DNA of 63,877 bases, counting the filler, from Sphacelaria rigidula (Eukaryota), in assembly GCA_964200075.2 (NCBI GenBank). It is 7 parts of 7 records of this genome, joined end to end, with 100 filler letters (N's around TTAATTAATTAA, not from the genome) between each part and the next. Parts side by side here need not be neighbours in the genome. Positions count along the whole stretch, not along the records: positions 54,841 to 63,877 come from CAXNAA020009455.1; 6 more parts are not named here. One strand, written 5' to 3'. This document shows, one piece after another, positions 63,811 through 63,877 of this stretch (position 1 is its first letter; the number at the start of each line of letters is the position of its first letter). The translations under genes and the position numbers were made by a program. Under the pieces are notes generated by a model. It did not search any database, was not told the DNA's origin, and worked only from the letters and a program-made list of their open reading frames with translations.

Positions 63811-63877
63811 ACAACAAATTGTGCGAAATGAGGTTTAACTTCGAGATGAGGCTCAAGCCTAAAACAGTGCTTTCCCC

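Overview
This is eukaryotic nuclear DNA, most likely from a brown alga or related photosynthetic stramenopile (inferred from ~50% GC, short exons with GT-AG introns, and a signal peptide ending in SAF). The window is not one locus. It is seven ~9-kb contigs (9042, 9042, 9041, 9039, 9039, 9037, 9037 bp, size-sorted) joined by artificial 100-bp N44-TTAATTAATTAA-N44 spacers. Genes reconstructed by hand from splice sites: a complete 6-exon JMJD7-like JmjC oxygenase; the 5' part of a protein-L-isoaspartate O-methyltransferase (PIMT/PCMT) with a decayed LINE in one intron and a possible spliced N-terminal extension; exon 1 of a plastid-targeted HAD hydrolase; and three signal-peptide orphan gene starts, two of them head-to-head with a known gene. 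The rest is mostly transposon material: Copia, Gypsy-like, LINE and hAT remnants, two tRNA-derived SINE families, and several MITE/foldback families. I found no clear new multi-gene system. The best leads are the stop-containing intron that could fuse an upstream exon to PIMT and several unclassified foldback element families.
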